NCBI GenBank assembly: GCA_964019335.1 | Contig: OZ025728.1 | Span: forward strand, 310,001-374,000 | From: Diplonema japonicum | Taxonomy: Eukaryota; Protista; Euglenozoa: Diplonemea | Direction of reading: 5' to 3' | DNA: 64,000 nucleotides | Part shown: positions 12,507-23,175 of the stretch, in pieces | Layout of the letters: each line of letters starts with the position of its first letter | Position numbering within the stretch: position 1 is the stretch's first letter | Notes under the pieces: model-generated | Database searches by the model: none | What the model saw: the letters and a program-made list of their open reading frames with translations, nothing else | Told to the model about the DNA's origin: nothing | Position numbers and translations under genes: made by a program

Positions 12507-12728
12507 TTAAGTTAGAATAGAGTACTAGAGAAGCGAAGAAATGAGATAAAAAGGGGTGAAAAAGAATAAATCTGCATACGAAAACAGAGAGTCGGATAAA
12601 AAAGGATAAATGTGACTGACATCCTCAAGAGGAGCCTCCCACGTACCAGGAATTAAGCAGAGGTTGCTTCCATGGCGTATCAGTCTCGCGTGGGACAGCC
12701 GACTTGGCTGATTACATGTGGGGCGAAT

Positions 12729-12798
12729 CTTAAAGGGTTCCAGACTGCAACGCAGTGTTTTTGAGCTAATTTTGAACAGCTTTTTTCTGTTTTGCATG

Positions 12799-12831
<33 letters not shown>
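12729..12831. repeat. Partial third copy of the ~500-bp repeat
   Basis: cttaaagggttccagactgcaacgcagtg...tgtaa + poly(C), matching ~2937-3025 and ~4774-4865. Confidence 0.85.
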
Positions 12832-13011
12832 TAGGGCTATGCTGGCATGGAAACGCGTTTCCATGCACTTTTTGAAAAAAAGGGAAACGGAAACGTTTCC
12901 TTATGTTTCCTTAAGAAGGAAACGCGTTTCCATAAGAATTTTGAAAAGTATGGAAACGGAAACGGGAACGGAAACGGAAACGTTTCCACGTTTCCTGCCA
13001 GCATAGCCCTG
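12832..13011. mobile_element. 180-bp hAT (Ac/Ds-like) MITE
   Basis: 16-bp TIR TAGGGCTATGCTGGCA / TGCCAGCATAGCCCTG; many internal GGAAAC(G) motifs in both orientations; flanked by C30 and a G-run instead of a TSD. Confidence 0.7.
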
Positions 13012-14984
13012 GGGGGGGGGGGGGGGGGGGGGGTCAAAGGGGTCGAAATTAGGCCAACAAAAAATCTTGCACATTTGTGACACAAAGGCGCAAAAAACCA
13101 CCTTAACCACCCCAAAGTCGCCTAAAAACCCATTTTTGGGCCGAGTTTCGACAAAATTTGCAAGTTGGCTCCCCTAAAACGCCATTTTAATTTTTTGTGA
13201 CAGAACCGGTACCTTGCTGCCCTCTACGCTGTACGCAAGAGGGCACAACTGCGCACCGACCTTTCAAGTAAGCTAAAGGATGACCTCAAAAAACTGGTTG
13301 ATAATCGCAAGTTGGACACCTAAGGGGGCGAGACGGCACCAGAGCTGCATGGGCTACTCTTGGACGACATGCAGGACGATTTTTACCCGCTTGCTGCTCG
13401 TTCTGATGACTCTGATAATGTGTGCACAAAATAGGATTCTGCAGGTACCGGTTCTGTCACACCCGCTCAAAATTGTGAATACGTCACATAGAAGTCTACA
13501 AAAACCCCCAAATAGCGGCGGAAAGTTGTTTTTTTTAGCATCTGGGTGGAATTTTCGGGTATAATTTACCCACGCCCCCCCGGGGTGCGTTTCCCGAAAA
13601 AGTTTTGGCATGTTAGATTTCACTCACAGGTTTTGGCATGTTGAAAATTTTCGCCGCTAGTCCGGGTTCCGTCGCCGTAGGCCTTCGGCCGCGTTGCCCG
13701 TTAGAAGAAGAAGTAATGCTGTGACTATTCATTATGAAAAACAAGCTACTGACTTGTTGAGCGCTCCGAAAATCTCTTTTGTGAAAGGTGCAAAAGCCGC
13801 GCAGTCTTGGCGAGCTCCGCCAAACTTATGGTGGTTATACTGTTTCGCCGTTCAGAGCCGAAGTATCCTGCTATTCTCGCTACCTGGTTGACACAGGACT
13901 CGTTCCTCGGGTACACGATGACTGGGAACCCTCAACCCCACCTGACGGGACCAGCCCCGTCTTCTCCATCGTTGCACTGTCCATAATGTCCCTGCACCAT
14001 GCAGCGGACTGCGACATCAACTTCGCTTTCGATCGCGCGTTCGCTTTTGCCACGAGGTCCTCCAGATGTAGGGGGCCTTGGCCCCATGTCAGGCGTTATC
14101 TGCATGCCACCTTGCGTTCTGTTGAACCACTCAAGCCAGCTCTCCCGTACCCCCTTCCAGCCCATGTTCGTATTTGGGATGCACAGCCGCATTGTCGATC
14201 TCCTCGATGCCATGCTGGATTGACTGACTTTGGATTATGGCATGCTAAATTACAACAGGATTTCAAGACCTATCGAAAGATGGATTACTGATACGGATGT
14301 CCCATCCTCTGACCAGCAGCCAACCACACTCTTTATGGAAATGCCTCAAGTTCCCCACCTTTTCTCCTGCAAAAGCCGCACACATCTTGTAACACCCTTG
14401 TTTACTAGTGCCCTTAATTCCGTATGAAGAAAGGATCTTTGTATTATTATCATTTGGTCGATATATCATGAGTTTTAACTGTAAACTTTCTTTGGCATTA
14501 TTGCTTCCTTAACACGGTTATTCCATCTCAGACCTCAGAGGCCTTCTCATACCTGGTGCGGCTCTTCACAGGTCCCCATCCACTTTGCTATGGTTTCCTT
14601 CCTAATCGATTTCTCTTTTTTTTCTTTTTTCACCCTTTGTCATTATTTTCTCCGGCGACGACAGAAACTGTGCATACGCAGCAAAATCTGAAAAAGTGCG
14701 TACGGCTCCTTACACCTACAGGTATTGGCTACGAGTCAAAGGGCTTACGTTGGACCCGTAAGAGGGGCAAGCAAAACACTTGTACACCCGATTCGTCTCT
14801 ATCAGACGTTCTCTTCGTCATCAGGATCGAGCACGCTGCAGGTTTTCCAACGCCAGTTCTGTCGCGCCAGTAGTCCCTCACAAACTAACAATGATGCCTT
14901 CGGCAGCGGCACCCGTAATAAAGAATTCTTCTCGTGACAAATTCAAATTCCTCAGCTTCGATGGTTTTTTTGTTGCCGAGGGAG

Positions 14985-14991
14985 TCATCTT

Positions 14992-15026
<35 letters not shown>

Positions 15027-15398
15027 CGTAACGAAGCACTCCCCTTGCTCCTTCTCCTGAAGTACCGACGGATCCATGCTTTTTGTTGTTGTTGTGCAGG
15101 TAGAGGTGGGCTGTGTTGGGGATAAGATGCGAACTCGGAAAAAATGAGATTTGAATTTACAAAAATAAAGAAGAAGAATGACTTTGGTTGCTTCATAACC
15201 CCCTGGCGTACGAGAAACTTCCCCAAATCACCCCCTTTTTCTTTTTTCTTTTTTCTTTTTTCTTTTTTTTAATTCCACTTCTTTTTCGACTTGCTAAGGC
15301 TGTACCCACTAGGTGGGTTGGAAGTGTCTCGAGACGCTCACCCGGTTGCCCGGGTACTCATGACCGTACTGGTGTTCTCATTCCACAAGCTTTGCTGG
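14985..15398 (-). pseudogene. Truncated duplicate of the ankyrin gene 5' end plus upstream region
   Basis: 14992-15398 is nearly identical to 18434-18825; encodes MDPSVLQEKEQGECFVT-N11-KR-stop (15077-14985); breakpoint lies in the (AAC)n tract. Confidence 0.85.
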
Positions 15399-16353
15399 GC
15401 ACTTTACACAAGTTTCACAGGGCGGTGTGGTTATTCTAACACTTTTTTTCTTCTTCTTTCCTTTCCCCCCCCCCCCCCTTTTTCTAAACCCATAAACGAC
15501 TACTTTTGTTTTTATATTTTTTTTTTCTATTTAACCATCTACCAACGGACCATTTTTGCCCACCAGGGGAGTAATTTTTCAAAACTTCAAAAAGAACTAT
15601 TCTAGCGCAACGCCGGGGCTGTATGCCCCCGGAAATGCCTCCAGATGTCCCAATTCTAGAGAGAGGGTGCCCACAGCAGGGCCCACCCCCACAGCATTGT
15701 CAAAAACATCGTTCCTGAAGTGCCCGAGAGGGGGTACAAAAAACAAGTCAAAAAAAAATCGACTGTAATATTCTATAATGAACTATTTAAGGCCTTCTTG
15801 ACGCGGTTCGTGCGTGAAGTTAGGGCAGCATTTAGTTTAAATATAACGAGACCTCCATAGAGACCCGCTTACTCCCCCAACCAGTCGGAAGACCTCTCAG
15901 CAAAGGCCGGAAGCGAACCTTGAGTGATAGAAAGAAATAAGACTTAACACAACAGTGTCACATCAAAGTGCTTTTTCTCTTATTTTTTCCCCCCCTTCTT
16001 CTCCCGTTCCCCCCTTTTTTTTGCATAATTTTCAGGAAATGGCAGATTTCAAATATCTCTCAAATGCGTACCTCGAATTAAGAAATAACCTAAGTTCACT
16101 TCAGCATGTTCGATCCATGCCAACAAGAGCCCAAAATCAAGAAAAAATTCAAAAATCAATTAGACCCCCCCGGCCGCATAAGGGTTAAGGAAACGGTGGA
16201 AAAAAGTTATTTGCTTACCGTGAACAGTGTTTTTCCCATATAATAATTAAAGGAGACCAGAGGGGCGAAAACAGGTTATTCCCCTCCTCCCTCCTTTCTC
16301 CTCTCTCTCTACCCCCCCCTCCCCTCTTTTCTATTCAGTCCTGTATTGCAGTC

Positions 16354-18433
16354 CTACCGTTGTAGCTTTCGACGCTTCGGACCACGGGTATGACCATAAG
16401 ATGCAACAAGATATTTAACTATCTCGAGGTGCCTGTTCTCTGTTGCTTTATGAACCGGTGTCGAACCGTTGTTGCTTTTCACACCACAGTCTTGACCGCA
16501 ATTTTCAACAAGATATTTAACTATCTCTAGGTGGCCTTTTCTTGCGGCTTGATGAACCGGTGTCCAACCATCGTTGCTTTTGACACCACAGTCTTGACCT
16601 CGATTTTCAACAAGATATTTAATTATCTCGAGAGAGCCGCTTCTTGCTGCAAGATGAACAGGTGTCCAACCGTTGTTGTTTTTGACAGCACAGTCTTGAC
16701 CACGATTTTCAACAAGATATCTAACTGTCTCGATGTGTCCCTTCTCTGCTGCTTGATGAACCGGTGTCCAACCGTTGTTGTTTTTCACACCACAGTCTTG
16801 ACCGCGGTTTTCGACAAGATATTTTAATGTCTCGAGGTCGCCGTTCTGCGATGCATGATGAACCGGTGTCAAACCGTCGTTGTTTTTGACAGCACAGTCT
16901 TGACCACGATTTTCGGCGAGATATTTTACCATTTCAAGGTGGCCGCTCTCTGCTGCAAGCTGGACCGGTGTCCAACCGTCGTTGTTTTTGACACCTGCGT
17001 CGTGACCGCAATTTTCAACAAGATAAACAGCTGTCTCTAGGTGTCCGTTACTTGCTGCAAGATGAACCGGTGTCAAACCGTCGTTGTTTTTGACAGCACA
17101 GTCTTGACCACGATTTTCGGCGAGATATTTTACCATTTCAAGGTGGCCGCTCTCTGCTGCAAGCTGGACCGGTGTCCAACCGTCGTTATTTTTGACACCT
17201 GCGTCGTGACCGCAATTTTCAACAAGATAAACAGCTGTCTCTAGGTGTCCGTTACTTGCTGCAAGATGAACAGGTGTCCAACCGTAGTTGCTTTTGATAC
17301 CTGCGTTTTGGCCGCGAGTTTCAACAAGATATTTAACTATCTCGAGCTGTCCGTTTCTTGCTGCCTGATGAACCGGTGTCCAACCGTTGTTGTTTTGGAC
17401 ACCACAGTCTTGACCGCAATTTTCAACAAGATATTTAACTATCTCGATGTGTCCCATCTCTGCTGCTTGATGGACCGGTGTCCAACCATTGTTGTTTTTG
17501 ACACCACAGTCTTGACCTCGATTTTCAACAAGATATTTAATTATCTCGAGAGAGCCGCTTGTTGCTGCAAGATGAACAGGTGTCCAACCGTTGTTGTTTT
17601 TGACAGCACAGTCTTGACCACGATTTTCAACAAGATATCTAACTGTCTCGATGTGTCCCTTCTCTGCTGCTTGATGAACCGGTGTCCAACCGTTGTTGTT
17701 TTTCACACCACAGTCTTGACCGCGGTTTTCGACAAGATATTTTAATGTCTCGAGGTCGCCGTTCTGCGATGCATGATGAACCGGTGTCAAACCGTCGTTG
17801 TTTTTGACAGCACAGTCTTGACCACGATTTTCGGCGAGATATTTTACCATTTCAAGGTGGCCGCTCTCTGCTGCAAGCTGGACCGGTGTCCAACCGTCGT
17901 TGTTTTTGACACCTGCGTCGTGACCGCAATTTTCAACAAGATAAACAGCTGTCTCTAGGTGTCCGTTACTTGCTGCAAGATGAACAGGTGTCCAACCGTA
18001 GTTGCTTTTGATACCTGCGTTTTGGCCGCGAGTTTCAACAAGATATTTTAATGTCTCGATATGTCCCTTCTCTGCTGCTTGATGAACAGGTGTCCAACCG
18101 TTGTTGCTTCTGACACCACAGTCTTGGCCGCGAGTTTCAACAAGATATTTTAATGTCTCGATGTGGCCGTTCTCTGCTGCAAGATGAACCGGTGTCCAAC
18201 CATTGTTGCTTCTGACACCAGGGTCCTGGTGGTAAGAAGAGACGAAAGCAGCCACAGCCTCGACACAGTTGTTTTCGCGAGCTGCATAGTGCAGGGCTGT
18301 GAAACCATCGCTGTCCGCTGCACCAGGGTCGACACCCCGCTCCAGAACAAGATCCCTCATCTCCTCAAGGTCCCCTTTTGAGACAGCGCTGCACAAGGCA
18401 AGTCTCCCCTCCTCTTTTGTGAGGGGGGTGTTC

Positions 18434-18474
<41 letters not shown>

Positions 18475-18525
18475 CGTAACGAAGCACTCCCCTTGCTCCT
18501 TCTCCTGAAGTACCGACGGATCCAT
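16354..18525 (-). CDS. Ankyrin-repeat protein: 18 regular 34-aa repeats plus 2 degenerate N-terminal repeats, poly-Asn tract, C-terminal basic NLS-like motif
   Basis: GWTPVHxAAxxGHLE consensus with 102-bp periodicity; ends PKRRKLQR. Confidence 0.9.
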
Positions 18526-18844
18526 GCTTTTTGTTGTTGTGCAGGTAGAGGTGGGCTGTGTTGGGGGATAAGATGCGAACTCGGAAAAAATGAGATTTGA
18601 ACAAAAATAAAGAAGAAGAATGACTTTGGTTGCTTCATAACCCCCTGGCGTACGAGAAACTTCCCCAAATCACCCCTTTTTCTTTTTTCTTTTTTTTAAT
18701 TCCACTTCTTTTTCGACTTGCTAAGGCTGTACCCACTAGGTGGGTTGGAAGTGTCTCGAGACGCTCACCCGGTTGCCCGGGTACTCATGACCGTACTGGT
18801 GTTCTCATTCCACAAGCTTTGCTGGTTGTTGTACTTTTTCCCAA

Positions 18845-19875
18845 AAGAAAAAAAAATCTACAACTTTCCCGGCCCAGGTTAGGAAAGAAAACACCCCAGA
18901 AAATGGGAAAGTGAGTTACTAGTACCCAGAAAATTCAGTCCTAGGGGCAAAAATGGGTTTTTTCACTTTGCACAAATTCAGTAAAAGAGGGGGTGACAAA
19001 AATGGATGCTTTTTTTTTTTTTAAATTCCACCTCCTCTTGGTCTAGCCAGACCGTCCCCACCCAGCTGGGCTGTGTGGAGCCAACGGAAGTGTGTTGAGA
19101 CGTTCGTGCTTTCGTGTCGGCCTGTGTTATTGTTCTAGCACCTTTGTGACATGGGTATTCTCTTTCCACTGTTGGCTAATGGCTTTTCTTTTTTTTTTTT
19201 TTTTTTTTTTTTTTTCTCCTTTGGTTGCCAGTCCTCGGGATTCTTTTTTTTTTTTTTTTTTTTTTTTGTTGATGCTCATGGGGGAAGAGGGTTGTTGGGG
19301 TTTATGTTATTTTTTCTTTTCTTTTTAAACTTGCTGTTGAGAAGCTAGGGGTAAAAAAAATGGTATTCGGACCGAGAAAGGGTAAATGGGAACACCACGG
19401 CGATCAGGACACTCGCCACAGAGGTTTTTGAGAAGCTCAGTGGTTCCTGATAGCCTTCCCGGACTTGAAAAACGAGAAAGAATAGTAACCAAATTACAAA
19501 AATACTTGACACCCCATGACAAGCCCAAAGCACCAAGTACACCTACGAATGAGCCTCTTAAAACCCCCCAAAATGCGGTAGAAGGCCTAATAGTATGAAA
19601 AAGAAACGAGGTCGCCCACTCAGCAGCAGCACATCTCAGCCGCAGAAGACTAGGAAATGAAGGTTTCCACTTCCAACATCATTTCAGCCACCTTCTAGCA
19701 GTGAGTTCCGCTATTTCTTGCTATTGAAAGCATACTCTCTGACTTTACCAAAACCACTAAAACCCGATTTTTACCCTAATACTGAATTTTTCATAGGTCA
19801 AAATAGCACTCTTGAGCGATTTCTGAACCAGGTTCTTTCCTAATATGGGCCGGGAAATATGGAGAATTTTTTTTA
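18845..19875. mobile_element. Non-coding element with long imperfect terminal inverted repeats (foldback/MULE-like relic)
   Basis: 18865-18889 is inverted to 19833-19857 (23/25); 18929-18961 is inverted to 19759-19792; both arms have the same spacing between blocks. Confidence 0.55.
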
Positions 19876-19944
19876 AAGGGGGCGGCAGCCCAAAGATGCA
19901 ACGAAAGTGTCAATTGGCCTCATTTTGGGGGGGGGTTTTTTTTG

Positions 19945-20902
19945 GACACCACAGTCTTGACCACGATTTTCGGCGAGATATTTAACTATTTCAAGGTGGC
20001 CGACCTCTGCTGCAAGATGAACAGGTGTCCAACCGTAGTTGCTTTTGACACAGTCTTGACCGCTATTTTCAACAAGATATTTTAATGTCTCGAGGTGGCC
20101 GTCATGTGATGCATGATGAACCGGTGTCCAACTGTGGCCGCTGCTGACACCACAGTCTTGACCACGAGTTTCGGCGAGATATTTAACTATTTCAAAGTGG
20201 CCGTTCTCTGCTGCAAGATGAAGCGGTAGGACATTATTGCTTCTGACACCAGGGTCCTGGTGGTAAGAAGAGACGAGAGCAGCCACAACCTCGACACAGT
20301 TGTTTTCGCGAGCTGCATAGTGCAGGGCTGTGAAACCATCGCTGTCCGCTGCACCAGGGTCGACACCCCGCTCCAGAACAAGATCCCTCATCTCCTCAAG
20401 GTCCCCTTTTGAGACAGCGCTGCACAAGGCAAGTCTCCCCTCCTCTTTTGTGAGGGGGGTGTTGTTGTTGTTGTTCGTAACGAAGCACTCCCCTTGCTCC
20501 TTCTCCTGAAGTACCGACGGATCCATGTGCCCTTCACCACACGGAGGTGGCGATGCAGATCTCGTGTGCATCGGGACCGAGCTGGAGGTGCCGGGCCTTG
20601 TGGGAGGGGGGATCCTCCCCGGGGTGTTCTTGTAGGTGGAATCCTTCTGGAAGACGAGCACTTGGCAGTAGTCCGCAAGCTGGCTGCTTGCAAGCAAATC
20701 CACCCACATCTCGAACAGCTCATCGAAAACCTGAACTCTGTGGATCGAGAACTGCCCGGCCTGGGGGGACCTCCTCAGTGCCTCCTGCGACATCACACCA
20801 TCGATCCTCTCGCGAAGTTCGCTGATGGCCGGCACAGCGGGGAAGGTCAGCTCGAAGTTGCACTTTCCACAAGTCGCACGCGGCAAGGACTGTGAACACC
20901 AT
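19945..20902 (-). pseudogene. Chimeric BILBO1-N-terminal-domain / ankyrin-repeat gene, frameshifted near the start and truncated at the 3' end
   Basis: MVFTVLAACDL / GKCNFELTFPAVPAISEL...WVDLLASSQLADYCQVLVFQ...IPPP resembles the trypanosome BILBO1 NTD; runs in frame into MDPSVLQEK (ATG 20526) of the ankyrin family; ankyrin similarity stops at ~19945. Confidence 0.7.
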
Positions 20903-21187
20903 TTTATTCAGAAAGAAAACGGGTTGGAAGAGGGGAAGGTGTGGGTAAGCCTATGGTGTGTAGTACATGGTTGTTTTTCCTCCTTTTGTTGACTAAGAGC
21001 TGCCGCTGTTGCTGGCATTGCCACTGTCACTATTTTCAATCAGGCCTCCCCGATGCGTGAAGTAATTTCAGAAGAGTGAAAAAAAAAAAAAATACTAATG
21101 GGATAAAAAAAGAAAAAAAGAAGAAAAAAAAAAACTACACAGAAAAACAAAATAGGGAAAAAAAAAAAAAAAAGAAAAAAAGAAGAA

Positions 21188-22924
21188 TCAAAGACATCTA
21201 TACCGGGATGCGGGTAAAATCGACTTTTTTACAATACAATCCTGCAGCCAATCCGAGGTGACGAGCCGCGCGGTTGGAGGGGCCATAAGAGGGTCTAAGA
21301 GAATGCCCGGTGTCATGACTATGTGGGTACAAGCCTTGAGGTCGGAGGACACCTTACCACCATTTGACACAATGGACTTTCGCAGTGGTTTCGCATCAGC
21401 AAGGGAAAGTGTTGTCGGACAATAGGCAACAACCCCCTTTAGGAAAACAGGAAGGGGTGGCAGCGTCGGGGGTTGAAAGAGAGCTTTCTTCACAGGGCTG
21501 TTGATCGAGCTCCCGGTGTTGACAATAAGTGTGTCAGTCCGATGGCCCGCAGGTTCCATCCCTTGAACAACATTGCCGAGCATCTTCTCAGCTTCCTCCA
21601 GCTCGGCTTGGCTTGGATCCACCGTCATTTCATCCTCGGACCCATCGTCCTCTACTACTATTTTTTGCTTTTTCTTGATAGGTGGCGCGGCCGCATCTGC
21701 TTTTCTTTTGACACCTTTTTTTTTCTCCTTCTTCTTCTCGCTAGATTCGTAACTCTCCCACTCAGAGTCTATAAACGAGGATTCAGAAGAGAACAAATCC
21801 TCTTCGCTGTCATCGGAAGAGCCGGAAATATCGGACGAGGAGGAGGAACAAGAGGAGTTTGACTCCTCGGGGGACTCAAGACGAAACTGGTTCTCGGGGA
21901 TCTTTTTGCCTTGTTTTTTGCACTCGTAGAGCCATTCTTTCGAGACTATCCAGCCTTTTCCCGACGATTTGACCTCCAAGTGCTTAGGTGTGTTCGGGAA
22001 GGCACAGACAAGGTGTGTCCCGCCACCCGCCCAATTATTGTGATATTTCGCGCCGAGCGACAAGGCGAGGGTTCGGAGGTCTGACCGTAAAGGATTTTGA
22101 AATCCGCTTAGAACCACTCCAGTGCCGGATAGAACGGTGCTTTTCTTCGCGGGCTCTGGTTTGGACTGCGGCTTCACCGGTGAATTGGAGAGAAGATCCT
22201 CAACATCGTCGTCGGGAAAAGTCATGGGGACCACCGCTTTCGGTTTCTTCTTCACAGGTGTCGCTTCAGGCGGCGTCGCGACGTAGTACCTCGTTGAACT
22301 GGCCACGCTGTCGGTGATCGTCACCTGCTTTTTCGGTGTTGTTGTTGTTGTTGATTCACCGCTTGCAATTTTCCGGATTGACGTCATCGATCTGAGTTTT
22401 TCAAGAGGTTTTTCATCACTTTCACTATCCTCGTCTGATAATATAACAGGGAGTTTTAACCCAGGAACTTCCTCACCCTTGTCGCGAAGTAGGAGGACAG
22501 ACAGTCCGATTTGGCATGGTGGGGGGAATGGTTGGGTTAAGACGACTCGCATTGATTTCCACGATTCGCGTTTGTTCAAAGCGTGCATTTTGGTCTGGTC
22601 GAGGATTCTTCTCGCAAAGTTGTTGGTGCTGCTTGAAACATCTTTCGACGACCGCAGGCTTTGTATCGAGACCAACGGCTGCAGGTCGTTAAGTTCCGTT
22701 GTTTTCGACACCAGAACCTCGATGAAAGCGGCCTTGTTGTTCACCACCTCAAGCATCTCGAAGACCGCCGACCTTGAGAAGACTATGTCCACGTGGGCCC
22801 GCTTCTCCGGGCTCTGGGTCTCCCACATGGTGTGCGACCTGACATCTTTGATGTTCTGAGCCTGATACGTATCGTGTTCAGAAGGGTACACATTGACAAT
22901 TTTATAAGGAAGCACGCTGCTCAT
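21188..22924 (-). CDS. XRCC1: DNA repair scaffold XRCC1
   Basis: XRCC1 N-terminal domain (NNKAAFIEVLV, TQPF..QIGLS), BRCT1 VVLSGFQNPLRSDLR..LGAKY..THLVCAFPNTPK..IVSKEWLYEC, C-terminal BRCT2. Confidence 0.88.
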   Translation of the reverse strand: MSSVLPYKIVNVYPSEHDTYQAQNIKDVRSHTMWETQSPEKRAHVDIVFSRSAVFEMLEVVNNKAAFIEVLVSKTTELNDLQPLVSIQSLRSSKDVSSSTNNFARRILDQTKMHALNKRESWKSMRVVLTQPFPPPCQIGLSVLLLRDKGEEVPGLKLPVILSDEDSESDEKPLEKLRSMTSIRKIASGESTTTTTPKKQVTITDSVASSTRYYVATPPEATPVKKKPKAVVPMTFPDDDVEDLLSNSPVKPQSKPEPAKKSTVLSGTGVVLSGFQNPLRSDLRTLALSLGAKYHNNWAGGGTHLVCAFPNTPKHLEVKSSGKGWIVSKEWLYECKKQGKKIPENQFRLESPEESNSSCSSSSSDISGSSDDSEEDLFSSESSFIDSEWESYESSEKKKEKKKGVKRKADAAAPPIKKKQKIVVEDDGSEDEMTVDPSQAELEEAEKMLGNVVQGMEPAGHRTDTLIVNTGSSINSPVKKALFQPPTLPPLPVFLKGVVAYCPTTLSLADAKPLRKSIVSNGGKVSSDLKACTHIVMTPGILLDPLMAPPTARLVTSDWLQDCIVKKSILPASRYRCL

Positions 22925-22939
22925 GGTTTTCCCCTTGCC

Positions 22940-22984
<45 letters not shown>

Positions 22985-23175
22985 GATGGGGAAAGAAATA
23001 AATTAAAAAAAACTCTTATAAAAAAGGGGGGGGGGGGAGGAGAAGAAGAAATGAAAAAGAAAAAAGCATCCGTGTAAATAAAATGTACATAAAAAGAGAG
23101 GGAACAGCTTTTTTTCTTTTCCTTTTTCTTTTCTTTTCTTTTTCTTCTCCCGGGGGGGGGGGGGGGGGGGAGGGG

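Noticed and set aside
13250-14430. Short ORFs including a faint SAP-like stretch and the 167-aa ORF 13788-14291
   Set aside because: Similarity is too weak, starts are non-ATG and frames are broken; probably decayed repeat DNA.
14661-14671. ACAGAAACTGT, resembling the reverse complement of the conserved spliced-leader core
   Set aside because: Only 11 nt match and the rest of the leader is absent.
15531-16188. Possible third piggyBac-type element (TTAACC...GGGTTAA)
   Set aside because: The ends do not form a convincing TIR beyond 2-3 nt and there is no transposase relic.
16400-18250. Regular 102-bp periodic repeats as a CRISPR-like array
   Set aside because: They are coding ankyrin repeats with no unique spacers, in a eukaryotic context.
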